DNA of 64,000 bases from the human T2T-CHM13v2.0 reference genome, Homo sapiens: assembly GCA_009914755.4 (NCBI GenBank), contig CP068257.2, positions 17,056,001 to 17,120,000 of the forward strand, written 5' to 3'. This document shows, in pieces, positions 1-13,800 of this stretch (its first letter is position 1; each line of letters opens with the position of its first letter). A model generated the notes under the pieces. The model did not search any database. It saw nothing but the letters and a program-made list of their open reading frames with translations, and had not been told where the DNA came from. Position numbers and translations under genes: made by a program.

Positions 1-1790
1 AGATCTTTATAACTGACAGATGGTGAGAAGAGAATTACTAGATAAAATTGACATAAACAAAAGTAGAACTAATAAGTGAATTTAATGAGGTCCAGACAAA
101 AAGCAAACATTTCCAAAAAATCAAATGATATACTATACACTGGAAATAAATAAATTTTAAAAAAGAGAAGAACTGGAAATGTGGAATACATACTTAGAAA
201 AACTTTAAAAAGAAGATGTGATTAATCTGTACACTGAAATTTATAAAATATTCTTTGAGAAACTAACTTAAAATATATAAATAGGCAACACATAAATAAA
301 AAATAAAAGTATAAAATAGGGTGTAAAAATAGAAACTAACTTATGATAAAGTCATTCTCCAATAAATTTAATGAGAAGAAAAATCTTCTGAGCAAATACT
401 AATAAGACAATTAAAAATATATGTAATGATTATACATATGCATATGTATCTATGTATCTGTGTGTATATGCATTAAATATAATAAAAATTTTATATGTGT
501 ATATGAAGATAGTTTCTGACTAACAATGGTTCAACTTACAGTTTTTCAACTTGCAATGGCTTTATCAGGGTGTAACCTCCATTGTAAGTCAAGGAACACC
601 TGTATATACATATATATATATATGGTGATGAAATTAAGCTAGATTGTAGAACTAAATGAAAAAGTAAAATATGTTACCCTTCTAGAATAAAATTTAGCAG
701 GATCCCTTCAACATCATGATGCCTTAAATTTTTCTTAGAGAGCAAACTGAATGCAGTAGGCATGACAGGAAAATTGCTAAACTATACTTTACTAGACTTA
801 AAATTTCTCCTCATTGAAAACCTAAATTGGTAAGCCACAGACTAAAAGATATTCACAAAATATACATCTAAAAAGAAGACTTATATCCAAAATCTCTGAA
901 GAATTTTAACTCAATAATAAAAATATTTAAAAATCCAGTGAAAAGTGGATAAAATAATCTAATAAACATTTGCAAAGGACACAAATAAATGGCAGAGAAT
1001 AACAACAAAAGCAAAACAAATTAAAAAATGCAGCATCACTAGTTATCACAAAACTGCAAATTAAAACCATAATGAGATACCATTACACACCTAGTAGAAT
1101 GGCTAAAATTTAGAAGTCTAACAGTATCAGCTGTTAGCACAGATTTTAAGCAATGAGTCTCTTAAATATTGCTTGTAGAAATGTTAAATAGTCCAGCCAT
1201 TTCAAAAAAGAGTTTTTCAATTTCTTTAAAACTTATGCCTACCTTATGACCCAGCAATTTTACTCCAAAACAATTAAATCCTATGTTTATAAATGATTGT
1301 ATAGGCATGTTAATAACATCTTTATTTTTTATAGACAATAGTGGAAAAAATTCAAAAGTCCATCAGCAGATCTGTTGAACAAATTTTGGTTTATTTGTAG
1401 AATTGAAAACAACTCGGTAAAAACAAAATAAATAAATAAATAAATGATTGCTCTGTCAACAGTATGGCTCAATACCAAAAACATTATGTTGAAGGAAATT
1501 AGCCAGGCACAAAAGAGTACATTCTGTATGATCCCATTTGGTGAGATTCAAAGACTGACTAAATCAATCTATGCTAGAAATCATAAAAGAGGTGGCCTAA
1601 GCCAGGAGTTGGTAAAAAACTAGAAAATGCCATGTGGGAAATTTCTACAGTGAAGGAATTTATACCATAATTTGGGTATTGCTTACAATAGTATATACAT
1701 TTGTCAATAGTTAATATATTTTGCAGTTGAGTTCTATGCATTTTTCTGCATTCAAATTTTATTTAATAAAAATGAACATAAAAAACAAAA
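1..1790 (+). mobile_element. Ancient LINE-1 (L1M/L1P-type) 3' portion: ORF2 C-terminal region plus 3' UTR, 5'-truncated by the window edge
   Basis: Sequence is colinear with the L1 ORF2 C-terminus and 3' end ('aaccataatgagataccattacacacctagtagaatggct...', '...gaaggaaattagccaggcacaaaagagtacattctgtatgatcc...'); A-rich tail region follows. Confidence 0.6.
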
Positions 1791-2027
1791 CTCTTTAGAA
1801 GAGAAAATGAGATTTCAGAGAGAGTAAATAAAACGTGGAATTTTTTCTAGAGCACAGGTCTCTATTCTACAAATTGAAGTCCATTTCCCTTAATTTGAAA
1901 AATTGAGAAATAAGGCTAATAATGTTCTTACTTTAAAGCTTAGGGAAAAGTCAAAAATTTTTAAGTAAATGGAAATAAAGAGTTGATCTTGAAAGCTTAA
2001 CTCTGAAAGCTGAACTCTATTGAAACT

Positions 2028-2180
2028 GTATGTATTTGGTAGAAACTGCATTTTGAGTACTCATAACCATTTCGTGTTTCTCTTTCAAAATAGTATTCAA
2101 AGATTACATGAGATATTCAACATTTTATTATAAATAGGCTTTGGATTAGATGTTTTTGCCCACCTTGAGGCTAATGTAAA
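2028..2180. repeat. Copy 1 of an unclassified interspersed repeat (possibly an ancient L1 3'-end-derived segment)
   Basis: By eye ~80% identical over ~150 bp to 3293-3445 ('gtagaaactgcattttgagtactcataacc...catgagatattcaacattttattataaataggctttgg'). Confidence 0.4.
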
Positions 2181-3292
2181 GCTGAACTCTGAATTAATGT
2201 AAATTTTGTTTGCTAGAAAGGTATAACATATTAGTATAAATAAGATGGAAGTTCTTTTTTTTGTATTTGTACGATATTTTTATTTAATATTTTAATGCAT
2301 TTGTTCTGTTTCCCGCTTTTATCTACATGTCTCTCATTTTTAAATAACTTTGGTAGTGTTTGGAGAAAAGTATAAACTTTATCAATTTAAAAAAAAACTT
2401 GAGACATTTTAAACCTAAAAAATCTTCACTTGAATTGTTTGTATCTAATATGTTTATAGAAGAACAATAACCTTACTTGTTATCATCTTTTTGCACTTCA
2501 ATATTCAAAATAATTTGCTGAAATATTTTAATCAAATGTCTGGCTTTTCAAAAAAAAGTCATAAACTCTTTGTGGGACAAATTTTAAAATAATACTTAGC
2601 ATATGAATACATAGTTTGTGATATATATTACCCTAAAATTAAAATGTAGTTACACTTTAATATATGGTTTAATTAATTGATTTTACTCTATGCTGTGTGA
2701 AAGCTAAAAAACACAGAAATGTGTTCAGGATCCTGAAAACAATTCTGCATCAGAAGAAAACTAATGTTTATCTTCTACCAGACATTTATGTTTATTCAAT
2801 AAATCATTTAATCTACTTCAAATTATTTTGGACAATAATGCCTAACTAATGTGGCTATAAGGTTAAGTCTTGTATTGACTAATAGTAAGTCTTGTCATTA
2901 AACTTAATCCATTATACTGTAAATGTCACTCCCTCAAGCTCTACTTCTAATCAATATACTCTACTATCTTTTCCATCAGATGAGCTACAGTCAGCCCATG
3001 GACTAGTATTGACTCCATTCCTATTAAGAGATAATAACATGCACATAGAACTTTTTCCAGTCTTTTAACACAAACAGAAGTCTGTATGATACAATTATTT
3101 CATAATCTGAAATTTTCAAGTTTTTAAAATATAAGGGAGGTTCTTTTTGGTCTTTTTAATATACCAATCCTTTTCTATGAAGGTATCAGAGCATCCTCTC
3201 TATATATGTATACACACAGAGACAGAGCAAGATAGTCTCCAAATTATGATTCGACTTATTTCAACTTTGTCATGTGCAAAAGCAATAAGCTT

Positions 3293-3445
3293 TCAGTAGA
3301 AACTGTATTTTAAATACCCATATAACAATTTTGTGTTTCACTTTCAATACAGTATTCAATAAATTGCATGAGATATTCAACATTTTATTATAAAATAGGC
3401 TTTGGGTGAGATGATTTTGCCCAACTTACTTACATTAATGTAAGT
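3293..3445. repeat. Copy 2 of the same unclassified interspersed repeat
   Basis: Matches 2028-2180 in the same orientation; the shared core 'catgagatattcaacattttattataaa(a)taggctttgg' is nearly identical. Confidence 0.4.
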
Positions 3446-3552
3446 TTTCTGAGCATGTTTAAGATAGGCCAGGCTAAACTATGATGTTCAGTAGGTTATG
3501 TATATCAAACACATTTTTTCCTTATGATAATTTCAGTTTATAATGGATTACG

Positions 3553-4449
3553 CAAAATGGTAGATCCACCAACAGCTTGCACCATGCACCTGGAAAAGAC
3601 ACAGGTATTCAATGCCAGCTGGTGAAAGCACCCAAAGGGGCTGCACCCTGCAGAGCCACAGGGGCAGAGTTGCCCACGGCTGTAGGAGCCCATCCATTGC
3701 ATCGGTGTTATCTGGATGTGAGACATGTAGTCAAAGGAGATTATTTTGGAGCTTTAAGATTTAATGACTGCCCTGCTGGGTTTGGACTTGCACAGGGTTT
3801 GTAGCCCCCTTGTTTGGCTGATTTCTCCCCCTTGGAATGGGAGTATTTAGACAATGCTTGTACTCCTATTGTATCTTGGAAGTAATTAACTTATTTATTT
3901 TACAGGCTCATGGGCAGAAAGTACTTGCCTTGTCTCAGATGAGATTTTTGGGCTGCAGACTTTTCAGTTAATGCTGAAATGAGTTAAGGCATTGGGGGAC
4001 TGTTGAAAAGGGTTGATTGTATTTTGCAATGTGAAAATAACATAAAATTTGAGTGGAGCTAGAGTGAAATGATATGGTTTGGATTTGTGTCCCCAACCAC
4101 ATCTTATATTGAGCTATAATCCCCAATGTTGGAAGAGGGTCCTGGTTGAAGGTGATTGGCTCACAGGGCACACTTCCCCTTTGTTGTTCTCATGATAGTG
4201 AGTGAGTTCTAATGAGATACGGTTGTTTAAAAGTGTGTGTCATCTCTCCCCTGCACTTCCTCCTGCTCCAGCCGTATAAGATGTGACTCCTTCCTCTTCA
4301 CCTTCCATCATGATTGTAAGTTTCCTGAGGTCTCCTCAGCAATGCTTCCTGTACAGCCTGTGGAACTTTGAGTCAATTAAACCTCTTTTCTTTATAAATT
4401 ACCCAGCCTCAGGTAGTTCTTTATAGCAATGTGAGAATGGACTAATACA
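3553..4449 (+). mobile_element. 5'-truncated THE1/MST (ERVL-MaLR) element: 3' part of the internal region (3553-4069) plus 3' LTR (4070-4449)
   Basis: The internal part aligns with the 3' internal regions of the two full-length copies in this window ('aaaatggtagatccaccaacagcttgcacc...ggagctttaagatttaatgactgcc...'). The LTR starts 'TGATATGGTTTGG...' and ends '...GGACTAATACA', the MaLR LTR hallmark. Confidence 0.7.
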
Positions 4450-5864
4450 CCATCCCTTGCCAAAAGCCCCCTGGGGAGCAAAATCACCACTAAGTGAGAA
4501 CCCCTGGAGCAAGAGAACTGAGAAATATGTTTTACAGAAAGATTTTATAAGTACTATGGAACAGTGACTATTGTATGTGGTTTTTTTTCTTCTCTTTCCA
4601 TACAGGATATTTATTGCAGTTATTTTCTTCTTGTTGCCCTACTGCATGTGAGGAATTGAAGAAGCAGATGAGCTGTCTTTATTTCATATATTTCTGTATC
4701 AAGAGCTTGATATAATGACTGAACTAAACTTTGAAGGTGCTGGGATAAGGATGATTATAGTTTGTATGTGGGAGGGAACTGTGACTGTGAGGAAGACTCA
4801 AGCAAATTTCATTAAGAATTCCAGCTTATTTTGTCTGCTGCTTATCTTTTGCTAGGTGACTGCAGTTTTTCCTAGTATGGATGTGATATATATTTCCCAC
4901 TCTTTAAATTTGAGCCCTCAATTGTCATAGTCCATTTTGTGCTGCTATAACAGAATACCTGAGACATGGTAATATATAATGAATGGAAATTTATTTCTCA
5001 CAATTTTGGAGGCTGTTAAATTTAAGACTGAAGAGTAGGCATCTTTTGGTGGCCTTCTTGTGATGTCATCTCATGGGTGAAGTTGGAAAGGCAAGAGACA
5101 ACCCTCTCCCAAAAGCCCTTTTTGAAAGATATTAAACCCATCCATGAGGACAGAATCCTTGTTGCTTAATCATCTCGAAATAGGCCCACCTGCTAATACT
5201 ATTACAGTGGAAATTAAATTTAAACATAAATTTTGGAGGGAACAAATATTTAAACCATAATATCAACTTTGGCCTGTTTGAGTCAACAAAGTAAGGCCAA
5301 AAAGACAATGTGCCAGTTTCAATTTATGTTATTAAGGGGCTTTTATATTTTCTCTTTGGCCTTTTTATGCCCTTGATATAAGAAGCACATAAGCTTCTAC
5401 TCCAGTAGCTCCACAATAAGGATAATAGACATTTGCAGAAGAGTCACCCCAGCTGAGTCACCAGAGCCAAAACTAACTTATATCAGCCAACTTGTAAATG
5501 TATTACTGATAACAATCATGATCAGCAAAACTGTCCCAGGAAAAGAAGTCAGCTTCAGTCTTCCTTCTCACCCACCTCAAACAATCTATACTATTTGGAA
5601 TCAAATTTAAATAAAGTTCAAGGGAAGACAAAATAATGTTATCTATGATTATGGATGATGGGGATTGACTGAAAGAGGGAAAAAGGAAACTCTTTGGGGT
5701 GATTGAAGTTTTTTCTGTATCTTGATAGGAGTTTTGGTTACATGGTGGTTTCTTAAATTCATTAAACTTCAATCTCAAGACTTATTTATTTTGTCTTGAT
5801 TTATCTTTAATATAATAATAAAAATATATGTAAAATATTTTTACATATTTTTATTACTTTTTTA

Positions 5865-6045
5865 TATACAGTTAGTCAACCACAGAAAAGGATAATCAGA
5901 GATAATTATTCAGAAAGGAACATTGTTTAGTCTTTTAAGCATCTGCTATTCCTTTCTCCCTTGAAAATGATGTGTAGTGATTAGTTTTCATCCGAACAGG
6001 CATTTTCTCCTTCTTAAAAATGAAAACATGCCCTATTTTGAAGGT
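5865..6045 (+). repeat. Arm A of a high-identity inverted duplicate pair (partner at 19050-19240)
   Basis: The reverse complement of 19075-19175 matches 5920-6020 with about 2 mismatches per 100 bp ('gaaaggaacattgtttagtcttttaagcatctgctattcctttctcccttgaaaatgatgtgtagtgattagttttcatccgaacaggcattttctcctt'). Confidence 0.65.
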
Positions 6046-7400
6046 GCTGGGATAAGGATGATTATATTTTTATATTACATATATGTTACATATAAGAAAA
6101 ATAGTATATGTAATGTTTCAAACACACAGAAAGAATCTGGAAAAACTGATTAGGATAATATTAAGAAGGAAATAGAGGTTAAACATGTTAACCTGAAAAA
6201 TCATAGTAAATTAAAACATGATGGAAAAAATTCCAAATACATGTGTAATTTCAATCCATGTAAACGAATTAAATATCAACTACAAAAAAAATTCTCATAT
6301 TTTAGAAAAGTGCAATCCACTTCTTATTTTCTTCCTTTTGTTTTCCTGAACAATTCAGTTCTACAGTACTTAGTTGAAGCAAAGCATGGAAAGAGTGTCT
6401 TGGCATGAGATGTCAGAAGCAAAGCATGATAAAGAGGGCATCCACAGTAGGTGTCACAGCCTGAGTGAGATGAAGAGGGCATCAAGTGATGTCTGCCCTC
6501 AGCCATGGGATGTCAGTAACAAAACAGGACAAAAGGGCTCCAAAAGTGTGGGGAAGCTCTTCATGTACTGCAGAAGCCCTGCAGGTTGAGGAAGATATTA
6601 ACCTCAGACATATGGCCATGTATGCCATTTGGGAGCCTAAGCAGGATGATGTAGGGCTATACTGGGGGACCTGGATAAGATATTAGAACCCAGAGTGCAG
6701 AGCGGTGTATAATACGGCTGGAGGTCTTCACATGGGTTTTCAGAATCTGAGCAGAATGAGGGCTGCAGCTTATGTGGATGTTGAAGCCTAGTCAGAAAGA
6801 AGTGTAGAAGACATAAGCTTAATCAAGTGATCACATTGAATGTTATCAGCAATGGTTGGGAGTAGGGGCGTTGGGAGACAGTATATAATTTCATAGAAAG
6901 CAGAAAAATAGAACATTGCTTAAATTCCTGCTGAAGATACATAACTTGAATCTAATTATATGGAAACATGAGACAACCCCAAAATTAAAGTATGTTTTAC
7001 AAAATCTATGGGAAAAGCTGTTTCAGACTGATCAAGGCATGATTCATAATTTGATCATTTTACTATAAATTATATTATTTAAACACTTGTCAAAGCTTGA
7101 ATATAGTCTGGGATCAATGGTGGTAATGTATCAATATTAATTTCTTGATTTTGACAGTTGTGATTATGTAGGAGCATTTAGAAAGAGACAGCAATTTAGT
7201 GTTCAGAGATAATAGGAATCAGATCAGTAACAATCTTAAATGGCTGAGAAAACCAATGATTTTTGCACTATACTTGCCACATTATAAATTTGAATTTGTG
7301 ATTTATGTATATATACACATAAATATTGTGTATGTATACCTACAAAGATATACCAGAATGTAACTTATACTGTAAACATTAAAACTCATAGTAAAATATT

Positions 7401-7760
7401 CATATATAGTCATCTCTGAGCATCCATGTGGAATTCATTTCAGGATCCCCCATGAATACCAAAATCCATGGATGCTCAAGTCCCTTATATAAAGTGGTAT
7501 ATTATTTGTATATAACCTATGCACATCCTCTTGTATACTGTAAATTATTTCTAGATTACTTATAATACCAAAACAATATAAATACCATGTAAATACTTAC
7601 TATACTGTATTGTTTAGGGAATAATGACAAGAAAAAGTCTGTACGTGTTCACTATTCGTGCAACCATTATTTTTTCAACTATTTTTGATCTGCAGTTGGT
7701 TGAATCTATGAATGAAGAACCCATGGATAGAGAGGGCCAACTGTATAAAGAGTCAGGAAT
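7401..7760. mobile_element. Non-autonomous DNA transposon (MITE-like, ~360 bp) with terminal inverted repeats; family uncertain (Tigger/MER-type)
   Basis: Left end '...tctgagcatccatgtggaattcatttcaggatcccccatgaataccaaaatccatggatgctcaagtccc' and right end 'gatctgcagttggttgaatctatgaatgaagaacccatggatagagagggccaactgta' are mutual inverted repeats. The internal 'ctgtattgtttagggaataatgacaagaaaaagtctgtac' matches a common human MITE that I recall but cannot name. Confidence 0.45.
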
Positions 7761-7956
7761 AAGAGAAGAATTCTCATTATTATATCTTCGATTCATCATC
7801 GTATGGAAGTACTATCCAATTTCCTATAAGAAGAAAACATGAAACAAAAAAGAAAACAGTGTTCTTCTTTTCATGCAATAGGCTTATCTTCATAGAAAAG
7901 GTATAGAAGAGTCTGCAAACCACTGGAAATATTTAGAAAATTCAGCAAGTTTGCTA

Positions 7957-8033
7957 TAAGGTTGACGCAAAAGTAACTGCAGTTTTTACCATTAAGTCAT
8001 GGTAAAACCGCAATTACTTTTTTGCCATCCTAA
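7957..8033. mobile_element. MADE1 (Hsmar1-derived ~80-bp palindromic MITE)
   Basis: 'aaGGTTGacGCAAAAGTAAcTGCaGTTTTTaCCATTAAgtcATGGtAAAACCGCAATTACTTTTttGCcAtCCTAA' is a near-perfect palindrome matching the MADE1 consensus TTAGGTTGGTGCAAAAGTAATTGCGG...CCGCAATTACTTTTGCACCAACCTAA. Confidence 0.75.
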
Positions 8034-9738
8034 TAATTTATTACATTCTATGTATTTCTGAGTATATTAGCAATTTCCATACAAAACAAGCAAAGCATTT
8101 TAAAAGAACATTTTAATTTTGATTTTAATTAAAATATTATATTTTAAAATTTCAAATATATTAAATACATTTAAGTATGTAAAATAGAACACATTTAAAA
8201 TGTATTGATATATTAAATATTATACTATTCGCTGTAATGGTTAATTTTAAGTGTCAACTTGGAAGATGTTTTGAATGAGTTTAATATTTAAATCAGTGAA
8301 CTTCGATTAAAGCAGATTGCTCCCCATAATGTGAGTGGGCTTCATCCAATCAGTTAAAGACTTGAATAGAACAGAAACCAGCCTTTCTGAGTAAGAGAAC
8401 AATTTTTCAGACGTCAACTGCACTGTCGGCTCTCCTGGGTCTCCAGGCTGCCAGCCCACACTGTAAATTTTAAACTTCCTAGCTTCCATAATTGCATGAG
8501 GAAATTTCTTATTGTAAATCTCTCTCCCTCTCTCTTTTTTTCTCTGTCTCTCCCATTGCCTATCGGTTCTGTTTCTGTGAAGAATCCCGACTCATATATT
8601 CTCACAGTAGCACAAAATTATAAGATATGTAGGAATATATCATATTTTAAAATATCTTTGTGAAAAAATAATAAAACATTTAAAAAATAACAGTACACTT
8701 GAATAAGTGATGGATGTTAGAACATGTTTATGGATGAAGTTATTATGGTGAACATGAAAATTCTTCCCAAATTAATCGATAAATTTAGTGCAATTCCAAT
8801 AAAAATACCATTATACAATAATATTTCATGAAATATGTGAGGTCGATAAACACATATAAAGATTGTCAGCCAAAAGAAGCTGACAATTTTGAAGTAAAAT
8901 GTATGGCTAGTTTTACCTCATAATATTGAAGGTTTATTGAGGGTTATTATAAAATGTGAGTAATTTGGTCAATTTGGTATTTGTGTCAAATTAGACAAAT
9001 AGATCAATAAATTGGAATGAACAACACAGAAATAGCTCAGGTGTAATTGGTACCTGTATACATGTTGCCCGTATGAAGAAGGATTCATCTAGATTCATGT
9101 TTCACATGATGCAACATAGCATTTTGTCTGAATTTGAAATCTAAATATAAAAAATAATACCTTAACACATCTAGATGTTGATGAAAATGTATTTTGGGTA
9201 TAGATGAATTTCTTAAATAAGGCAAAAGCACAAACTATGTGAGATTAATAAATATGACTATATTATTTTTAAATGGCACAGGAAGATGTAATAAAATTAA
9301 AAAGTAAGCCAAAAACTGGGAAAATATATTTTTAAAACAAACAATGAAGAAACAAAACTAATGAGAATACATAAAGAATGACTATATATTAGTACGGAAA
9401 AAAAAAACAGAATAACTAGTAAAAATAATAAAGTATCAATCTAAGCAGTAATAGGGAAGATTCAAGTCAAAACAATGAAACTATTTTATAGTTGTCAAAG
9501 GGATAAAAATTAAGAGGTCTGAAAACACTGAATCCTGTGTACTGGGGAAACTGGAACTCTTAGATACTGGTGTTGGGAATGGAAATTGTTAGTCAATTTG
9601 GAGAACAATTTGACATTTACTAGTAGAGCTGAGAATAATATACAATGACACACTGATTCAACTTCTAGGTTAACAGGATATGTGCAAATGTTGCTAAGGA
9701 TGTTTATGATAGCATTGATTGTAATAAGTAAAGAATAG

Positions 9739-10078
9739 TGATATGGTTTGGCTGTGTGCCAATCCAAATCTCATCTGGAATTCCCACGTGTTATGTGGGG
9801 GACCCGGTGGGAGGTAATTGAATCATGGGAACAGTTCTTTCCTGTTTTGTTCTCATGATAGTTTGTCTCGGGAGATCTGATGGTTTTACAAGGGAGAGTT
9901 GCCCTGCTCAAATTCCTTCTTCTGTTGTCTGCCACCATGTGAGACATGCTTTTCATCTACTGCCATAATTGTGAGGCCTTCCCAGCCACGTGGAACTGTA
10001 AGTCTAATAAACCTCTTTCTTTTGTAAATTGCCCAGTCTCAGGTATGTCTTTATCAGCAGCATGAAAATGGATTAATA
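9739..10078 (+). mobile_element. Solo MaLR LTR (THE1/MST family)
   Basis: Starts 'TGATATGGTTTGGCTGTGTGCCAATCCAAATCTCATCTGGAATTCCCACGTGTTATGTGGGGGACCCGGTGGGAGGTAATTGAATCATGGG' and ends '...gcatgaaaatggattaataaa'; no internal sequence follows. Confidence 0.8.
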
Positions 10079-10437
10079 AAGTCACCCTTGATTTTGCCAT
10101 TATTAAAATAAAGAATATACATTAGTTTGCTCATAAAATAAAATACTATATGAGAGTTAAATGTATTTATATGTCCAACATAAGTAACATTTAAAAATGT
10201 AGTATTGGATGATGAAAGCAAGTCTTAAAATATATATATTGTATGATAAGATACAATTGGCCATTGAACACCACACGTTTGAATAGCACAGGTTCACTTT
10301 TTTGCAGACTTTATTCTGCTTCTGCCACCCCTGAGACAGCAAGACCAACCCCTCCTTTTCCCCTCTCCTCAGCCTACTCAACATGAACATGATGAGGATG
10401 AAGACCTTTATGATAATCTACTTCCACTTAACAAGTA

Positions 10438-10585
10438 GTAAATATTCTTCTTCCTCCTCCCCCTCCCCCTCCTCCTCTTCTTCCTCCTCCCCCCTCTTCC
10501 CCCTCTTCACCCTCTTCTCCGTCTTCCCCCTCTTCCCCCTCTTCCCCTTCTCCCTCTCCCTCTCCTTCTCCTTCTTCTTCTTCTA
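10438..10585. repeat. Polypyrimidine (CT-rich; GA-rich on the minus strand) microsatellite of ~150 bp, contiguous with the A-tail of the adjacent minus-strand Alu
   Basis: 'cttcttcctcctccccctccccctcctcctcttcttcctcc...ccctctccctctccttctccttcttcttcttc' is an almost pure pyrimidine strand. Confidence 0.9.
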
Positions 10586-10864
<279 letters not shown>

Positions 10865-13800
10865 ATATTTTCGCTTCCTTATAATTTTCTTAATAATATT
10901 TTTTCTCTAGTTTGTTTTATTGTAACAATAGAGTATATAAAACATATAACATACAAAATATGTGTTACTCAATTGTTACGTTTTCTGTAAGGCTTCTGGT
11001 CAACAGTAGGCTGTTAGTAGACTGCACAGGGGTTGGTGTCCCCAACCCCCACATTGTTCAAGGATCAACTATACAATCGATTTTATCAATAATAAAGCCA
11101 AATATTTTACTTCTAATTATACACATATAGAATAAAAACATAAAGTTATGCACATTTATTTATTTAATGCTATTTGACATTTTAATGTATTTTTCTACAA
11201 AATGCCTGCTCATATGTTCTACCCACATTCCTATTGTATTTTTTCTTATTACTACTTGTTATTCTAAGGTATTATAAAACAATATTTTAGAACTATTTTT
11301 GTCAAGTCAATTGATTTGTGCTGTTCTTTGTTCATTATTTGTGCAAATATTACTTCAATTATTTTTATTATTTTATGCAGTTATATCTATTAATCTTTTC
11401 CTGATTCTTTTATATATATTCATTTAACATGTTATAGCTTTCTATAGTCACACATCTACCATGTTGAAATGAATTGAAATCATGAAATCATGTTAAATAT
11501 TTTAACATTAGTTTTTATGAAAAATTTGCCTCTGATTTTCAGAAAATATTATATAGTGTCCAACACTGGAAGATTTTAGTTTCTGTATTTGTTTTTAAAC
11601 AAAATTGGTGTTATATTTTATCACATGACTTTTTAGCATCTGTCAAGATTATGGAGACCATGGGAAACAATGAATTTAGAGAACAAGAAGATTCCTGGTA
11701 GCAGCAATAAAAAAGACATGAGAGCACAAGGTTTCCCTAGTTTACTTCAAATCAATTGTATATGCTTCAAAAATAAAGTTATTAGGTTATTTTCATCCTT
11801 ACTAGAATGAGGAAGGTATACAGAAAAGTTATTTAACAACTGGTATAATGCAACTAATTCGAATTAAAGTTAGGGCAGAGTCCTGAAGGTGCCCTGATGG
11901 ACCAGGGATTAATTTTTCAGTTCATGGACTGTGTACAAATCTCAGAAATTAGAGATTCAGCAGGGGCATCTTGGGTGGGAAGGGCAACCAGGATGCAAGA
12001 ACTAACCAATGTATCTTTAAACAGACAAAAAATATTACTAAATTGATATTAATATTGATAATAATATCAGTATGTCGATTGAATATCAACACACTATAAA
12101 TACTAGTTAAAATAATATTTGTCATTATTGGCCTTTCAAGTTATTAATTATTCAAATTGCATATTCTTTCAATGATGCAATGCCATTTAATTTTGAAAGT
12201 ATCATCACATAAATTTTCTTCCTAGATATCTAAAATAATTTTAAATTTATTGTGTCATTGAAATTTTGTTATATAGTCACACATGCGCAGGTTGAGCACA
12301 ATTTTATACTTATTCATTTTTATGCTTTATTAATTACATTTAATAAATATATTGAATACTAAAAATATTTCTGGCACTAAAATATTAGTACAAACTTCAA
12401 AGGTTATCAATTTAAGATCAGTACAGTCACAAATGGGGTATTTAACAATGGGTGGGGACCTATATGATTGTTAGAGTAACTGGAAGATGCTACTGACATT
12501 TATTGAGTGTGGGCTAGGAATGGTCAACCTCTTAGAATACATAGTCCATACAAAGAGTTATTGTGTAAATCCAAATACAAAGAATGTTCTCATTGATATA
12601 TACTGATCCATTTTTTTAGGGGCTATGCAGATTCAAATGAAATGCAACACAATGAAAATATGTAGTTCATTGTCAATGAATGCATGGTATTTGCATGTGG
12701 GTTTGTATATTGTTAAATTTGAGCAATTAATCTGTGGAATTATATTTATGATCTCTGAAGATGGCTGTATGTAGTATTTATTTCTTAAATTACCAATAAT
12801 CTAAATAAGTATATAACACAGCTTAATAAAAAATATGTGTATATATGGATGTGTGTATCTATCGCTCTCTATATATGAAACATACAGAGTTTTATATTTC
12901 ATTCTATCATTGTAACTATAGTAAGTGAAGGCAACCATACTGCCTTGGTTTTCCCATTGCATGCTACTATTTGTTTTGATCAAATTCTTGCCTAAATCAG
13001 AATGCTAAAGCACTTCAGAGCTCAATCCTTCAACCTCTTTTGTATTTACATCCACTTCCTAATTGAAAGTTCAGGTTCCTTGACTTTAAATGTCATTTAT
13101 GAAGTTGTAACTCTTACATTTCTATCTCCACCCCGATCATTGCCCTGAAATTCAGATTGTAAATTCAACTGTCAGTTGCAATACACATTTTCACACAAAA
13201 AAACGATGTCTGCTTCCAAATCTTGATAAAGACCTCATGAGAAACCCTGAGACAACCAACTTGAATGTAGAATGGTTATTTCGAACTAAACAATTTGTAA
13301 GCCAAGCCTTTTACTTTCCTCCTCAGACACCCTCCTTGTCCAGTTTTTCTTCTGCAATCTCAATCAGTTTTTCTTCTGCAATCTCAATAAATGCAATGAC
13401 CAAAAATCTCTGCCACAAATATCAAAATCGTAAGCAAGTGCTTCAAGTTCTATTTAGCATGACTACCATCAGTTAGAAAAAGCAGAATTCTATTTATGAG
13501 AGACTACCATAAAAGGCACATATTGACCAATCTTATTTATGAGCATTTATTTATGAGCACTTATTGTATTGTATATTTCAAAATATCTAGAAGAGAGGAT
13601 TTCAAATGTTATCATCACAATGACATAATAAATGATTGAAATGATGGAGAAGCTAAATGCTCTGATTTGATCATTTCAAGAATGTATACATGTATCCAAA
13701 CATCACACAGTAATAAATAAATATGTATAATTATTACATGTCATTTAGAAATAAAATGCTACTTAAAAAATAAAAAATTTAAATCTAAAGCAAAATATTG

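Noticed and set aside
6370-6480. Local tandem repeat of 'gaagcaaagcatg(g/a)(a/t)aaagag...gatgtcag'
   Set aside because: Only two imperfect units inside what looks like an old interspersed repeat; too weak to call a feature with confidence
8290-8600. Possible ancient MaLR/MLT-type LTR fragment ending '...cctatcggttctgtttctgtgaagaatcccgactcatatattctcacag'
   Set aside because: It resembles the 3' end of some MaLR LTR consensus sequences from memory, but identity is too low for me to assign a family or boundaries reliably
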